Assembly (NCBI RefSeq): GCF_964355755.1
Contig: NC_092672.1
Span: 22,767,237-22,831,236 of the forward strand
Length of the DNA stretch: 64,000 nt
Reading direction: 5' to 3'
From: Antedon mediterranea
Taxonomy: Eukaryota > Animalia > Echinodermata
In this document: piece after piece, positions 1 to 13,417 of the stretch
Layout: every line of letters begins with the position of its first letter
How positions within the stretch are numbered: position 1 is the first letter of the stretch
Notes under the pieces: model-generated
Databases searched by the model: none
Seen by the model: the letters and a program-made list of their open reading frames with translations, nothing else
Told to the model about the DNA's origin: nothing
Program-made: the position numbers and the translations under genes

Positions 1-44
1 AGATTTTATTGCATTTTTACACATTTTAACATTAATTATTTCAG

Positions 45-353
45 AAATCAGTTGTCACGCGATCATTTTTTGTACCACTACGACTTGCTTTTGAGACGTC
101 ACCATCCAGTGAAGTGAAGTCTGTGCATGATGGGCTCTCTATCAGCATCTATTACGACCTTTGTGGACATCTGCCTGACATACTGTTTCCATATTTAGTG
201 ATTGATTTCATTAATGAATATCAGAAGGAGACAGAAGATGAACCACAACTATCCCATAATCATGCTGAGCTCTACATAGACCAATGTCATAATGTGATTC
301 TGTCTCTTGTTCAATTGATAACTAAAGAAGATGAGCGAAAGTTCATGTTAAAG
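45..353 (+). CDS. Gene 1 internal exon, COR-like region of a ROCO/DAPK-like protein (gene starts upstream of the window)
   Basis: tttcAG acceptor at 43-44 and AAG|GTGACA donor; 309 bp, phase 0-0; KSVVTRSFFVPLRL...SISIYYDLCGHLPDILFPYLVIDF...RKFMLK resembles the COR C-terminal part of invertebrate ROCO proteins (recognised from memory, not searched). Confidence 0.7.
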
Positions 354-507
354 GTGACATTAAATCTTAAATTTAAACTACCAATAGTGTAATGTTATGA
401 TTTGGTACTATTAATATGTTATATACAAGTGTGCGACAATAATGCATGCAATAGCTTTCAAATCCTAAAAATAATATGCTACAACAGATCAAGTGAAGCA
501 TATTAAA

Positions 508-556
508 ACTAGAATGGCACTCCGAGAGTGCATACCTCCGCCTACTGTAAAATTCT
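508..556 (-). mobile_element. 3' end fragment of a HINE (same family as 48659-49220)
   Basis: Reverse complement gaattttacagtaggcggaggt...gcactctcggagtgc...ctagtt matches the 3' end of the 48659-49220 element. Confidence 0.7.
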
Positions 557-881
557 TAATGCTGCGTGTGATTGGGCTAATTTCACTACAACAATTTGTA
601 TGCAAGTTTGGTGTAAATGTTATTTAACCAGCCTTTCAACTGACAATAGTTTCAGTTGACTATCAATAGAACAGCAACGACAAAAACAAGAAATTGAAAT
701 TCCAGTTTATTTGTTACTTTGAGACTGCTCGCCAGCTTTTGAAAATGCTCTCCAATCTTTTAAAACTAGCAGGTTTGAAAATAATAATAAAAAGTCCAGA
801 ATTGGCATCCTGAGATCCATAAGATTTATTACACACATAATACACAAATATACTTATGTACTTTAAAATGTTTGTCTTTAG

Positions 882-959
882 GCAACAATTAAAGGCAGAA
901 TGGCAATTGCAGAAACAGCTACCACAGAATGTGAACCTTCTCCTGAAGCATGTAAACAT
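882..959 (+). CDS. Gene 1 internal exon (26 aa)
   Basis: tctttAG|GCA...CAT|GTATGT; 78 bp, phase 0-0; ATIKGRMAIAETATTECEPSPEACKH joins both neighbouring exons in frame. Confidence 0.75.
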
Positions 960-1299
960 GTATGTTATGATTTCTTTTAAAACATGCACCATTGGTGGCG
1001 ACATTCAATATTTTTATTCATCGATAAGTCCAGAAAATACGAATACACCGCACAATGAATACGTAGTACCGGGACGATTCGGCCAGGATACGATTCGTGT
1101 ACATACATCATTTCTGCCAGGGGACATAATTGGCATATATTTCGCATCTTACAAGACTTATTTTCAGTACAGGTTAAAATCTCACACACATAGTTTCCAG
1201 AGGGGTTGGCCATGTTTCAGAAATTCCCACTAGAGGGTGCGCGAGTGAAGCAAACAAACTCTCTAGTTAAAAGGAATTATCAACTTTTTTTTCTTACAG

Positions 1300-1501
1300 G
1301 TTATGTCAACGCTTGAGATGTCTTTCAAACATTCTAAAGATGGTGGTAGAAGGGGCATTAAATTCCATCGATGCATTCCCTGTGATTGTAGTAAGACATC
1401 TGAGAAGAAACACATGCAAGTTCTTGGAGATTTTCAGGAAGAGATGTTGCCATGCAAAGGAGATCGGATGAATGTTAAACGCTACAAGAGGCTATTTGGC
1501 A
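1300..1501 (+). CDS. Gene 1 exon, Cys/His-containing segment before the death domains
   Basis: ttcttacAG|GTT...GGCA|GTAAGT; phase 0-1; VMSTLEMSFKHSKDGGRRGIKFHRCIPCDC...KKHMQVL...LPC...YKRLFG. Confidence 0.8.
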
Positions 1502-2671
1502 GTAAGTTCAGCAATACTAGAGTACAAATTATACAAATCACTGGTGCATTGTATTTCAGATTAAATTTCATGGGAAGGGGCTTTATTTTAGATTTTGGAT
1601 CATTTGCCATAAGTAGCATTTAGTGTATACTTTTACTGCTTCCTTATCTATTATTGTAATAGAAGTGTAGATACATACAGGTAATGATTCAACAAATTAC
1701 ATGTAATAGAATTTAAACAATAACTATGAAGCGGTTAAAATATGTGCAACAAGATCATCATCATCATCACCCTTCATAAATGAATAGAATAAACTTTAAA
1801 ACGTCATTAAAGACAAGCAATTACCCATAATGTTTAATGTCTGGTAAACAAGCATCATGACACTAGCAGTGGCACTGTGGCTTGGTGTATTACTGTACAT
1901 TAGTCCTTGGTTAAATTCATAATACTAAGATGTTTCTCATGACCCAACAACAACACCGCAATTTACATAGACGAGTGATAATGGTAAGCGGTAAACTGCA
2001 TGCTTGTCCCACGTAAGATCTATATCTATCCTGAGTGGGTTTCCACTCAACCGCCATCCACGTTTAAAAAATATAGATTCTGTATTTTTGTTTTTCATTA
2101 CCCCTTACAGTTCCCGCTCATCTGTGTAAATTGGCCTTAAGCCTAATATTGAACCCGCTTTATAAAATATGAATTATGTTGTTCTTGCTTTTGGATCTGC
2201 TGCGTTAAAATTATATATACATACCATAATGGTATGTTAATACAATTTACAGGTTTAAACTACTGTAGTATTGTATGACAAGCAATTGGTCATATGATGT
2301 CAACACAAATTCAACAGTGAGTTTAAACTGCCTAGTTAAATACATGCATTCTTTTTTATTTGTATCAGTATTATTATCATCATTATAAATGCACTTTTCA
2401 TATTAGTGTATCAATAAATAGGCCAGAAAATAAAGTGTTCATTCAAGTAAGCATTCGTAGCTGATGGGGCCATTTATTCAAAAGCCACTGCTGTCATCGC
2501 ACATAATGTTTACACAGAATACCACAATGATCACCTTTTCAAAGCAACATATTTTATTTCGTCATTAGTAGTCGCATTACATGTATGCACAGTATTTGTT
2601 GTGGTTTGTTTCTAAAATGTTAATAATAATTATAATTCTGAATCAAAGAAAAGTATATTCTTATTTTGTAG

Positions 2672-2934
2672 ATGAAAGAACAAGAGAATTGATGAAGCTA
2701 GCAAAAAAGCTAGGCAATGAATGGGTACAACTGGCTGTGTTCCTTGGGTTCACTAAGGCAGAGCTTGATGGCTTTAAATATGGCAATCGTAACATGCTAG
2801 GAGCAATATTCAGCATGCTAGACACTTGCTGCAAGAAGGCAGGTACTAGCAAGTCATGGAATATACAACTCACTAAAGCACTCAGAGAAATTGATAGACA
2901 CGATTTAGCAGATGAAGTCAAAAGTAAGCTATAA
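2672..2934 (+). CDS. Gene 1 death-domain exon 1 (phase-1 donor at 2924, or read-through to stop at 2934)
   Basis: ttttgtAG acceptor; LMKLAKKLGNEWVQLAVFLGFTKAELDGFK...AIFSML...LTKALREIDRHDLADEV is a typical death-fold pattern; AAAA|GTAAGC donor. Confidence 0.85.
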
Positions 2935-3574
2935 ACAGTGTTCTAAAAACTGCTAATAATTTTAGCCCTATCATCAGCATCATTTTCAATTTTTTATAAA
3001 TACATTTTTGTTAAATATGTTTTACGTTTCATTATAGAGTTGATGTCTATAACATAGTATATTTTCACAACTTCCCATACAATACATTTCTTTTTTTTTG
3101 TAACACCATTGTTGGTATTTTAATATTTTTTACGTTTCATTATAAGTCTATAACTTAGTTTTCTTCCACGCCATTCCATTTTGTATTATATTATAGTTTC
3201 TTAGCAGCTTTTGGTCTGATTTTAATAAATAAATAAAACATTGTTCCAACAACAGCAACTAAAACATTGATTGTTTTATACTTTTATACTTTTGTACTCA
3301 TTTTCATGTGCTTACAATTTAGATAAAGAATCTCAATTATTTTCCATGTATTTGGTTTGATAATGAACAACTATTTTGATTTTCAATGAATATATACAAT
3401 TGCCCAGCAGGTAATTTAGTGATATTTTGTTTAAGTAATACTGTAGTAAGACAATGTATTCTCCACATTCAACTTGTTATGAAAAAATGTTATTCCTATT
3501 ACATTAAATTTAATATCAGTGTGTGAAATCTCAAATGTGAAAGAAATAAGAGAAAAATCTTTTTGTTTTCTTAG

Positions 3575-3831
3575 ATGAAGCATCTAAAGAATTAATGGAA
3601 TTAGCCAAAAAACTTGGCAGTGAGTGGGAACAAGTTGCAATATTCCTAGAGTTTGCAAAGGCTGACCTTGATCGCTTTAAGCAAGACAATCATGGTTACT
3701 TGCTAGGAGCAATCTTCAGTATGCTGGATGCATGGTACAGGAAGTCGTCAGGTACTATGTCACAACTCATTGAAGCCCTTAAACAAGCTAACAGAAATGA
3801 CTTAGCAGATGAAGTTAAATGCAGGCTATGA
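3575..3831 (+). CDS. Gene 1 death-domain exon 2 (terminal)
   Basis: ttttcttAG acceptor, phase 1; LMELAKKLGSEWEQVAIFLEF...AIFSMLDAW...LIEALKQANRNDLADEVKCRL*; clear paralog of 2672-2934. Confidence 0.85.
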
Positions 3832-3927
3832 AAACAATGATTTTTTGAATGTCACTGCCTACAACCAGCAGCATCACTGTCATTGAAATAATGTTGACTT
3901 GTGCATTTATCTATTGTGTATATTAAA

Positions 3928-4440
3928 ATTAAATGTCATTCACCAAGGCATTTATTGGTCTTCCTGGTTGTATTCCAACCTTCCAGTTCATTTGTATTGT
4001 TTACAATAACTCAACAGTCTCACAATAGATTGTAAATCAATTAAATGTAATTTACCAAGGCATTGATTGGTCTTCCTGGTTGTATTCTAACCTTCCAGTT
4101 CATTTGTATTGTTTACAATAACTCAACAGTCTCACAATAGATTGTAAATCAATTAAATGTAATTTACCAAGGCATTGATTGGTCTTCTTGGTTGTATTCT
4201 AACCTTCCAGTTCATTTGTATTGTTTACAATAACTCAACAGTCTCACAATAGATTGTAAATCAATTAAATGTAATTTACCAAGGCATTGATTGGTCTTCT
4301 TGGTTGTATTCTAACCTTCTTGTTCATTTGTATTGTTTACAATAACTCAACAGTCTCACAATAGATTGTAAATCAATTAAATGTAATTTACCAAGGCATT
4401 TATTGGTCTTCTTGGTTGTATTCTAACTTTCCAACTCATT
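3928..4440. repeat. 112-bp tandem repeat, about 4.5 copies
   Basis: accaaggca recurs at 3942, 4054, 4166, 4278, 4390. Confidence 0.95.
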
Positions 4441-5170
4441 ATATACTAGTATAATGAAAACAAATATACAGTTGTGTGCACAATTTAAACATTAAATATG
4501 ACCACCTGCAATACCATAAGTTACAATTTACAACGTTCATATGAATTCGTTAAAATATTGGTATGTTGCAACTTGAATTGGATAAATCATATCAACAATT
4601 ATGGCGGCAGTACACAACCACATTGATGGATTGGAAGTTGAAGGATTTTTAGATTTAAAATTGCAACGAATCAAACTGTACAACAGTATGTTTGTAAATA
4701 CAATTTGTTTTGTATCCTTGTTGTCCTTTATTATTAGTATAATACAAAATATGTGTATTTCCAGTTTCAAACTTATTAACATTCACTTGGAAACAGACTA
4801 ATGTATACATTATAAAGTGTAGATCATTTAATCATAATCATAATTAAGAATAAATGTTAGTTACTATAAGAATATTCTGCAATTTTAACGCCATTTTGTA
4901 AACTTTTTTTTATAATTTAATTTTTTTACTGCCATATAATTAAGTTTAGTTTCTAGATGTTTGTTTTACTTTGTTTTTCTGAATAAAGAAACCTTTATAT
5001 ATTAGTCTTTAGATGTGTATGGTGTTAACCAAATTAACCAAATGTATTTCTATGTATAAATTTTTCAAATTATTTTGTTAAAGCTAACTACTTTTCTTTA
5101 CTAAGATACCAGTTATTCCGATATTTACTGTTCAATTCAATTTCGTAACCGATATATGGCTAGAAATACC

Positions 5171-7393
5171 ATTCAACGGCATGGTCCAATCTAATGCATG
5201 GTATTGATGCTTCTATACAATATTCTTATCTGTTAATACATTCAAATACAGTACTATTCAAAGGCATAGTCCAATCTAATGCATGGTGTTGATGCTTCTA
5301 TACAACATTCTTATCTGTTAATACATTCAAATACAGTACTATTCAAAGGCATAGTCCAATCTAATGGATGGTATTGATGCTTCTATACAACATTCTTATC
5401 TGTTAATACATTCAAATACAGTACTATTCAAAGGCATAGTCCAATCTAATGGATGGTATTGATGCTTCTATACAACATTCTTATCTGTTAATACATTCAA
5501 ATACAGTACTATTCAAAGGCATAGTCCAATCTAATGGATGGTATTGATGCTTCTATACAACATTCTTATCTGTTAATACATTCAAATACAGTACTATTCA
5601 AAGGCATAGTCCAATCTAATGGATGGTATAGATGCTTCTATACAACATTCTTATCTGTTAATACATTCAAATACAGTACAATTCAAAGGCATAGTCCAAT
5701 CTAATGCATGGTATTGATGCTTCTATACAACATTCTTATCTGTTAATACATTCAAATACAGTACTATTCAAAGGCATAGTCCAATCTAATGGATGGTATT
5801 GATGCTTCTATACAATATTCTTATCTGTTAATACATTCAAATACAGTACTATTCAAAGGCATAGTCCAATCTAATGGATGGTATTGATGCTACTATACAA
5901 CATTCTTATCTGTTAATACATTCAAATACAGTACTATTCAAAGGCATAGTCCAATCTAATGGATGGTATTGATGCTTCTATACAACATTCTTATCTGTTA
6001 ATACATTCAAATACAGTACTATTCAAAGGCATAGTCCAATCTAATGCATGGTATTGATGCTTCTATACAACATTCTTATCTGTTAATACATTCAAATACA
6101 GTACTATTCAAAGGCATAGTCCAATCTAATGGATGGTATTGATGCTTCTATACAACATTCTTATCTGTTAATATGCTTCTATACAACATTCTTATCTGTT
6201 ATACATTCAAATACAGTACTATTCAAAGGCATAGTCCAATCTAATGCATGGTATTGATGCTTCTATACAACATTCTTATCTGTTAATACATTCAAATACA
6301 GTACAATTCAAAGGCATAGTCCAATCTAATGCATGGTATTGATGCTTCTATACAACATTCTTATCTGTTAATACATTCAAATACAGTACTATTCAAAGGC
6401 ATAGTCCAATCTAGTGCATGGTATTGATGCTTCTATATAACATTCTTATCTGTTAATACATTCAAATACAGTACTATTCAAAGGCATAGTCCAATCTAAT
6501 GGATGGTATTGATGCTACTATACAACATTCTTATCTGTTAATACATTCAAATACAGTACTATTCAAAGGCATAGTCCAATCTAATGGATGGTATTGATGC
6601 TACTATACAACATTCTTATCTGTTAATACATTCAAATACAGTACTATTCAAAGGCATAGTCCAATCTAATGGATGGTATTGATGCTACTATACAACATTC
6701 TTATCTGTTAATACATTCAAATACAGTACTATTCAAAGGCATAGTCCAATCTAATGCATGGTATTGATGCTTCTATACAACATTCTTATCTGTTAATACA
6801 TTCAAATACAGTACTATTCAAAGGCATAGTCCAATCTAGTGCATGGTATTGATGCTTCTATATAACATTTTTATCTGTTAATACATTCAAATACAGTACT
6901 ATTCAAAGGCATAGTCCAATCTAATGGATGGTATTGATGCTTCTATACAATATTCTTATCTGTTAATACATTCAAATACAGTACTATTCAAAGGCATAGT
7001 CCAATCTAATGGATGGTATTGATGCTACTATACAACATTCTTATCTGTTAATACATTCAAATACAGTACTATTCAAAGGCATAGTCCAATCTAATGGATG
7101 GTATTGATGCTACTATACAACATTCTTATCTGTTAATACATTCAAATACAGTACTATTCAAAGGCATAGTCCAATCTAATGCATGGTATTGATGCTTCTA
7201 TACAACATTCTTATCTGTTATACATTCAAATACAGTACTATTCAAAGGCATAGTCCAATCTAATGGATGGTATTGATGCTTCTATACAACATTCTTATCT
7301 GTTAATACATTCAAATACAGTACTATTCAAAGGCATAGTCCAATCTAATGGATGGTATTGATGCTTCTATACAACATTCTCATCTGTTAATAC
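5171..7393. repeat. 85-bp satellite, about 26 near-identical copies
   Basis: Unit attcaaaggcatagtccaatctaatg(g/c)atgg...gtact; period 85 (5341 to 5426). Confidence 0.97.
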
Positions 7394-7636
7394 TTTAAAA
7401 ATTATAAAAGATCAATTATTATCAACCTATTGGTAAGATCAATATATATATATGTCATGTTATAAGCCTGTTATATAATCTGTCAACATTTTTTGTTTTA
7501 GTATTTTATGTTTTTAATATAATCATGTTTGTAATTGTTATTATGTTTTTAGGCATGTAGTACATATCATGTTTGTAATTATTATCGTACGAGTTTGCTA
7601 TTTTTTGGTCATTCTTTCCATTTAAATTGTCAGAAA

Positions 7637-7837
7637 TCAATTGTGATACATCTAGTGAATCACACAAATCGATGAGAACATTTTAGAGATTGGTTACCCT
7701 CTCATTATGCCCAGTCTCTCAGCTGAAATATGTCAGGAGTCAATTGTGATACATCTAGTGAACCGCACAAATCGATGAGAAAATTTAAGAGATTGGTTAC
7801 CCTCTCATTATACCCAGTCTCTCAGCTGAAATGTGTC
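7637..7837. repeat. Tandem duplication, about 103 bp x2
   Basis: tcaattgtgatacatctagtgaa...cagctgaaat present twice. Confidence 0.9.
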
Positions 7838-7999
7838 CTATGTGTTTACATCTCTGATATGATGTTATATAGGCCTATATTCTAAAAAGAGAGATGGGAA
7901 CAAATAAACTGACTCTGAAACAAAAATTATTAAAGTAAAACATGCAAACTAGATTGAAAATGAAAGCCATTTATTCTATGATTGTACACAGCTAATTAT

Positions 8000-8586
8000 T
8001 ATGTTATGATACCATATTATATAGGAATCAGTTGTTAATATGTTATGATACCATATTATATAGGAATCAGTTGTTAATATGTTATGATACCATATTATAT
8101 AGGAATCAGTTGTTAATATGTTATGATACCATATTATATAGGAATCAGTTGTTAATATGTTATGATACCATATTATATAGGAATCAGTTGTTAATATGTT
8201 ATGATACCATTATTATATAGGAATCAGTTGTTAATATGTTATGATATCATTATTATATAGGAATCAGTTGTTAATATATGTTATGATACCATATTATATA
8301 GGAATCAGTTGTTAATATGTTATGATACCATATTATATAGGAATCAGTTGTTAATATGTTATGATACCATATTATATAGGAATCAGTTGTTAATATGTTA
8401 TGATACCATTATTATATAGGAATCGGTTGTTAATATGTTATGATACCATATTATATAGGAATCAGTTGTTAATATGTTATGATACCATTATTATATAGGA
8501 ATCAGTTGTTAATATGTTATGATACCATATTATATAGGAATCAGTTGTTAATATGTTATGATACCATTATTATATAGGAATCAGTT
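8000..8586. repeat. 39-bp minisatellite, about 15 copies
   Basis: Unit tatgataccatattatataggaatcagttgttaatatgt. Confidence 0.97.
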
Positions 8587-9239
8587 TATAAAATGTAGTG
8601 TTAACTATCTGTCGGTTATTTTGTACTCCAAAGCAGATGTATTTTGTGATGTAGTTAAATATCTATGGACGTTTTATTACGAAAGGAAAATTATAAAACA
8701 CATTTTAAATATTTTTATATCACTATTTTGAATATAAAGTATCTAATTTACAGTACTAAATTGTTTATATTTGTATGATAAAATAATTATAAATGAATAA
8801 AAGCGGGATGATATTTCCATGAAATATTTTTAATTACCGTGATAATAATTTGTATAGTTTGAGCTTAATTCATTTTAAATCTGTGTCGTTGTAAGAAGAG
8901 AACACCTCAAGTATTAATCCGCGTCTCTTTGATTGCCGTTTAAATATCACGTCATCGTTCATCATCATTGCCGTTCGTGTTCATTACCATTGTCACTATC
9001 GTCATTATTATCAAATCATTATTCGCCACCATCATTCGAAACTGTATATTAAAATGCAACGTATTTTTTTCGGAATTCTGTGGGTCACCTCATTAGTGCA
9101 CTAGAGAGAAATTTGTACTAATGCGTCTTTAAATTATCTCTAGACTTCAAAAGTATATAATTAAATGCACCGTGCAGCAATCAGTATACTTCAAGAAAGA
9201 GATCCAAATACTTTGAGGAACTGTAAGCACGCCGAAAAA

Positions 9240-10420
9240 AAAAACAACTCATCATGGTGAAGTGAACATGATAAATAGTAAGCAAATACGAATAAAAACA
9301 ACTCATCATGGTGAAGTGAACATGGTAAATAGTAAGCAAACATGAATAAAAACAACTCATCATGGTGAAGTGAACATGATAAATAGTAAGCAAACATGAA
9401 CAAAAACATCTCATCATGGTGAAGTGAACTTGATAAATAGTAAGCAAACATGAATAAAAACAACTCATCATGGTGAAGTGAACATGGTAAATAGTAAGCA
9501 AACATGAATAAAAACAACTCATCATGGTGAAGTGAACATGATAAATAGTAAGCAAACATGAATAAAAACAACTCATCATGGTGAAGTGAACATGGTAAAT
9601 AGTAAGCAAACATGAATAAAAACAACTCATCATGGTGAAGTGAACATGATAAATAGTAAGCAAACATGAATAAAAACAACTCATCATGGTGAAGTGAACA
9701 TGGTAAATAGTAAGCAAACATGAATAAAAACAACTCATCATGGTGAAGTGAACATGGTAAATAGTAAGCAAACATGAATAAAAACAACTCATCATGGTGA
9801 AGTGAACATGATAAATAGTAAGCAAACATGAATAAAAACAACTCATCATGGTGAAGTGAACATGATAAATAGTAAGCAAACATGAACAAAAACAACTCAT
9901 CATGGTGAAGTGAACATGGTAAATAGTAAGCAAACATGAATAAAAACAACTCATCATGGTGAAGTGAACATGATAAATAGTAAGCAAACATGAATAAAAA
10001 CAACTCATCATGGTGAAGTGAACTTGATAAATAGTAAGCAAACATGAATAAAAACAACTCATCATGGTGAAGTGAACTTGATAAATAGTAAGCAAACATG
10101 AATAAAAACAACTCATCATGGTGAAGTGAACATGATAAATAGTAAGCAAACATGAATAAAAACAACTCATCATGGTGAAGTGAACTTGATAAATAGTAAG
10201 CAAACATGAATAAAAACAACTCATCATGGTGAAGTGAACATGATAAATAGTAAGCAAACATGAATAAAACAACTCATCATGGTTAAGTGAACTTGATAAA
10301 TAGTAAGCAAACATGAATAAAAACAACTCATCATGGTAATGTGAACATGATAAATAGTAAGCAAACATGAATAAAAACATCTCATCATGGTGAAGTGAAC
10401 ATGATAAATAGTAAGCAAAT
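9240..10420. repeat. 54-bp minisatellite, about 22 copies
   Basis: actcatcatggtgaagtgaac recurs every 54 bp (9247, 9301, ...). Confidence 0.97.
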
Positions 10421-10604
10421 ACGAATTCCTCCAATTTAACTTATTGGGAAAGATGTAATTTTAATTGTAGATGACCTTTGCTGTTTTCATTTGGTTTTTA
10501 TTGTTCAAATGTTATGATTGTACCGTTAAGCCTAAATTTCAAGCTTTGTTTAAAAATGATATATTGATAGATCTATTTATTGAACGAACAGTAGGCCTAA
10601 TGTA

Positions 10605-10760
10605 CTGTCTACACTATCAAACTATTTTGACAAAAAAGTGTGATGTGCCCAAATATGGTAATGATATTCCCAAATATGGTAGTGATATGACATCATCATA
10701 TCCATATATGGGCACATCACATTTTTTTGTCACATATAGTTTGATGGTGTAGACAGAGCT
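10605..10760. mobile_element. Palindromic MITE
   Basis: ctgtctacactatcaaacta...tagtttgatggtgtagacag; inner gtgatgtgccc/gggcacatcac also pair. Confidence 0.8.
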
Positions 10761-10769
10761 TAATAATAA

Positions 10770-10891
10770 TAACGGAGCGTTATTTGAGGGAAAAATGCCC
10801 CGGGGCGTTTATTATTTGAGGAGGTGGAAGGGTGGGCGTTTATGTCAAACGATGTCTTATTCAAAGGGGGCGTTTATTCGAATAAATACGG
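10770..10891. mobile_element. Fragment of a MITE family with CCG/CGG termini at TA sites (related copies at 26280-26635, 46315-46603 and 42895-43005)
   Basis: ggggcgtttattcgaataaatacgg|ta terminus; reverse-complement terminus ta|ccgtatttatttgaataaa at 26280. Confidence 0.65.
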
Positions 10892-11579
10892 TAGATTATT
10901 TTGAAGTTAATCACTTCCGTAAAAAAACGACAAATGACAAAATAAAATGGTTAAATTCTACCAAAACCCATTGGCTTGCACTTGCAGCAATTTGACTCTT
11001 TATAAAATTACAATTTTTCAGGTAAATTGAATTTTTGTCAAAGTGGATAACTATAATGTGACATTAAAATAGCATCTGTATTTAAAATAATTACATTTCG
11101 ATGATTATGTTGACACCTTAAATAATGAACAAAATATATATTGCGATATTAATTTGATTTAAAAATCAGGATTAGGATATAACATTAAACAAAATAAAAA
11201 AAACATTATCACCACTTAATACGAAACGATTTGGGAAGGCAACTTTAGCTTATGGTCATAAAAGATATCTCTGATTATTTGATGATAAATAGATGTATGA
11301 ATTACTTGATCACAGTCATTCCAAATTACATCTTTCTTGCGTCTTTTAGTAATTAGTTAATAGATTATAATGATTAAGACATGGTTTATTCTTCCAGGTC
11401 TAAAAGTCTGTCGATCGCTTGATGATCGATTGATGACATAATATAGGGCCACATCCCTACCATAGGTCTGCAATATTTATTACATAATAGTATATCCTCA
11501 CTTGCAGTGATCTCAACCATGATCCTGTTTTAGACTGATTTAAAAAAAAAAATAGATAAATTCGTATTATGGGTATTAG

Positions 11580-12010
11580 GCCTACTTTTTTTTAAACATT
11601 TCATTAACATTACGTCATTTCAGTAATTTCCCAGGTACGTCTTCTTAAGATTCCAGGTAATCTCTTTAGACGTGTACTATACTGGTAGTCGTCGGCAGAG
11701 GTCGTAGTAAGACACGTGTGTGTGTGTGTGGCACAAAAAAGTTTTCAGGAATCATGACTGTTTATTTACTTTATTCAGTGGCTTTTGTATAGGATAACAA
11801 TAGGCCATTTCAATACAGGGGCCTAAGCCTATTAATAAGTATTAAGCTAGCAAGACAAGAATGAGTTTAGCCTTAATATAGTAGGCTGTGTAGTAAGTAA
11901 GTATGTAGGCTAACGTTAAGCCCCAGACCCGGCTTCACTAGGGCCTAGCTAGCTGAAATTGAGGTACCTGTCTTTCTTACTATCACAGCAGTTTTCCGAC
12001 ATGCGAGGTA
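11580..12010 (+). promoter_or_regulatory. Candidate promoter and first non-coding exon of gene 2
   Basis: Local rise in GC/CpG, AGGCCT/CTAG cluster like the one near the 5' ends of the transposon genes, candidate donors (e.g. GAG|GTATGC at about 12008); no transcript evidence. Confidence 0.3.
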
Positions 12011-12158
12011 TGCAAGACTTGATAATTTTAAGATTGAATACCTACAACTTAAGCAATAAATCCGTTTAATAACTTGGTAGCAAAAGGGATACATTAGTCA
12101 CTATACAGTGTGTGCCGCAATTGTAAGTAAACCACTGATGGAAGGTATCCCATCCTTT

Positions 12159-12414
12159 AAGTCCCATTCTCTACGTGTTTGGACGTTTTGTAAAAGTAAT
12201 GCATAATATATATTACTTTTAGGTTTAAAAACACGAAACCAGGTCATTCCTTGTCGTAAATGTACGTTTTATGGTAATATGATAAAAAGAGAAAACCAAT
12301 GCACTACTAATCTATTAGAATTGATTATTTTTCAGAGTTATCAGAATAGGATAAGATGAATGTAATTTGTGACCTTATTAAATTAGATCTAAAAAACATA
12401 GGGAATGGGACTTT
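12159..12414. mobile_element. MITE
   Basis: Terminal inverted repeats aagtcccattctctacgt / acatagggaatgggactt. Confidence 0.6.
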
Positions 12415-13417
12415 AGACAGACTTCCTTCTTGATTGTATACTCCCTCAATGGTGGTATTCACAAACATTGTTTTGCCAAATGACTCCTTTGAAAGTACCA
12501 CTACACCATGACATTTATATTAACTAAAAAGACTACTAAAAGTATTACGGTTACCTCTGACTTAATAAAAGTCTTACAGTCCATGTTGATTAGATTGCTG
12601 TAAAAGCTAAACCATTGTATAACTCACTATACGACAAAATTATACATGGTTTGCAAATATTTTTTTCTCAGATTTTGTTTTAACTCCAAAATTGTTCCAC
12701 TCATTTTACCCGATGTCATCCTTTTAAGTTTGTAAAGCTTGGTTTAATACCTTTAGCAGAGCATCATTTCTTACATTTGTATCAGGGAGGTATTTGTATC
12801 ATGGACACATTCTCTACCTTACCAAATTGTTAAGCCCAAACAAACACCATTTAATAAACAACTGACACATAAAATCTATGAGAGTAGTCAGCCTAGACGA
12901 GTACTTACTCTTTGCCTCTTTATTGCATTTAAGGTAAAGATTAATAAGATAATAAATTAACTTCTATAATAATTAATTATGGAAAACTACAGGGATATTG
13001 TAAATTAGAAATGTAAAACTATGAATATATCCACTGTCATGTAACATATACACATCTATGAGGCACACACTGCAGAATAAGTGTAATTTTCAGAATAACC
13101 ATTAATTAATAGTTCTAGACAGTCTTTCTCCTTTTTTGCTGGAGTAGAGGAAGGCCATTTGTCCCTGTATCCCCTCTTTTGATCCTGCATTTGCCCTCAT
13201 CATGGTTTTTCAAGATTAAAAAAACCATTAAAAACCTGTTGAAATACTGGCTGTTCTATTTAACTCAGTTCAACCTTCTTTTAACAATAGTCAATCTTTC
13301 AATTCATGACATTTTCTCACCACAACTCAAACATTCATTATTTGCATACTAATGCCAAGTGCCAAGCCATAATAACATCAATTTCCATAGACAGCTGCCA
13401 ACTATTTTATTTTGCAG

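Noticed and set aside
856-1233. 125-aa ORF in the track
   Set aside because: The real exon (882-959) is in a different frame; the rest is intron
5171-8586. Regular arrays resembling CRISPR
   Set aside because: Head-to-tail units without unique spacers, eukaryotic context, no cas genes
9181-10434. 417-aa and 356-aa repetitive ORFs on the minus strand
   Set aside because: By-products of a 54-bp minisatellite that lacks stops in two frames; no splice or domain support
11620-11635. NF-kB-like site (GGGAAATTAC on the minus strand) near the candidate promoter
   Set aside because: Imperfect match, expected by chance, and the promoter itself is unconfirmed
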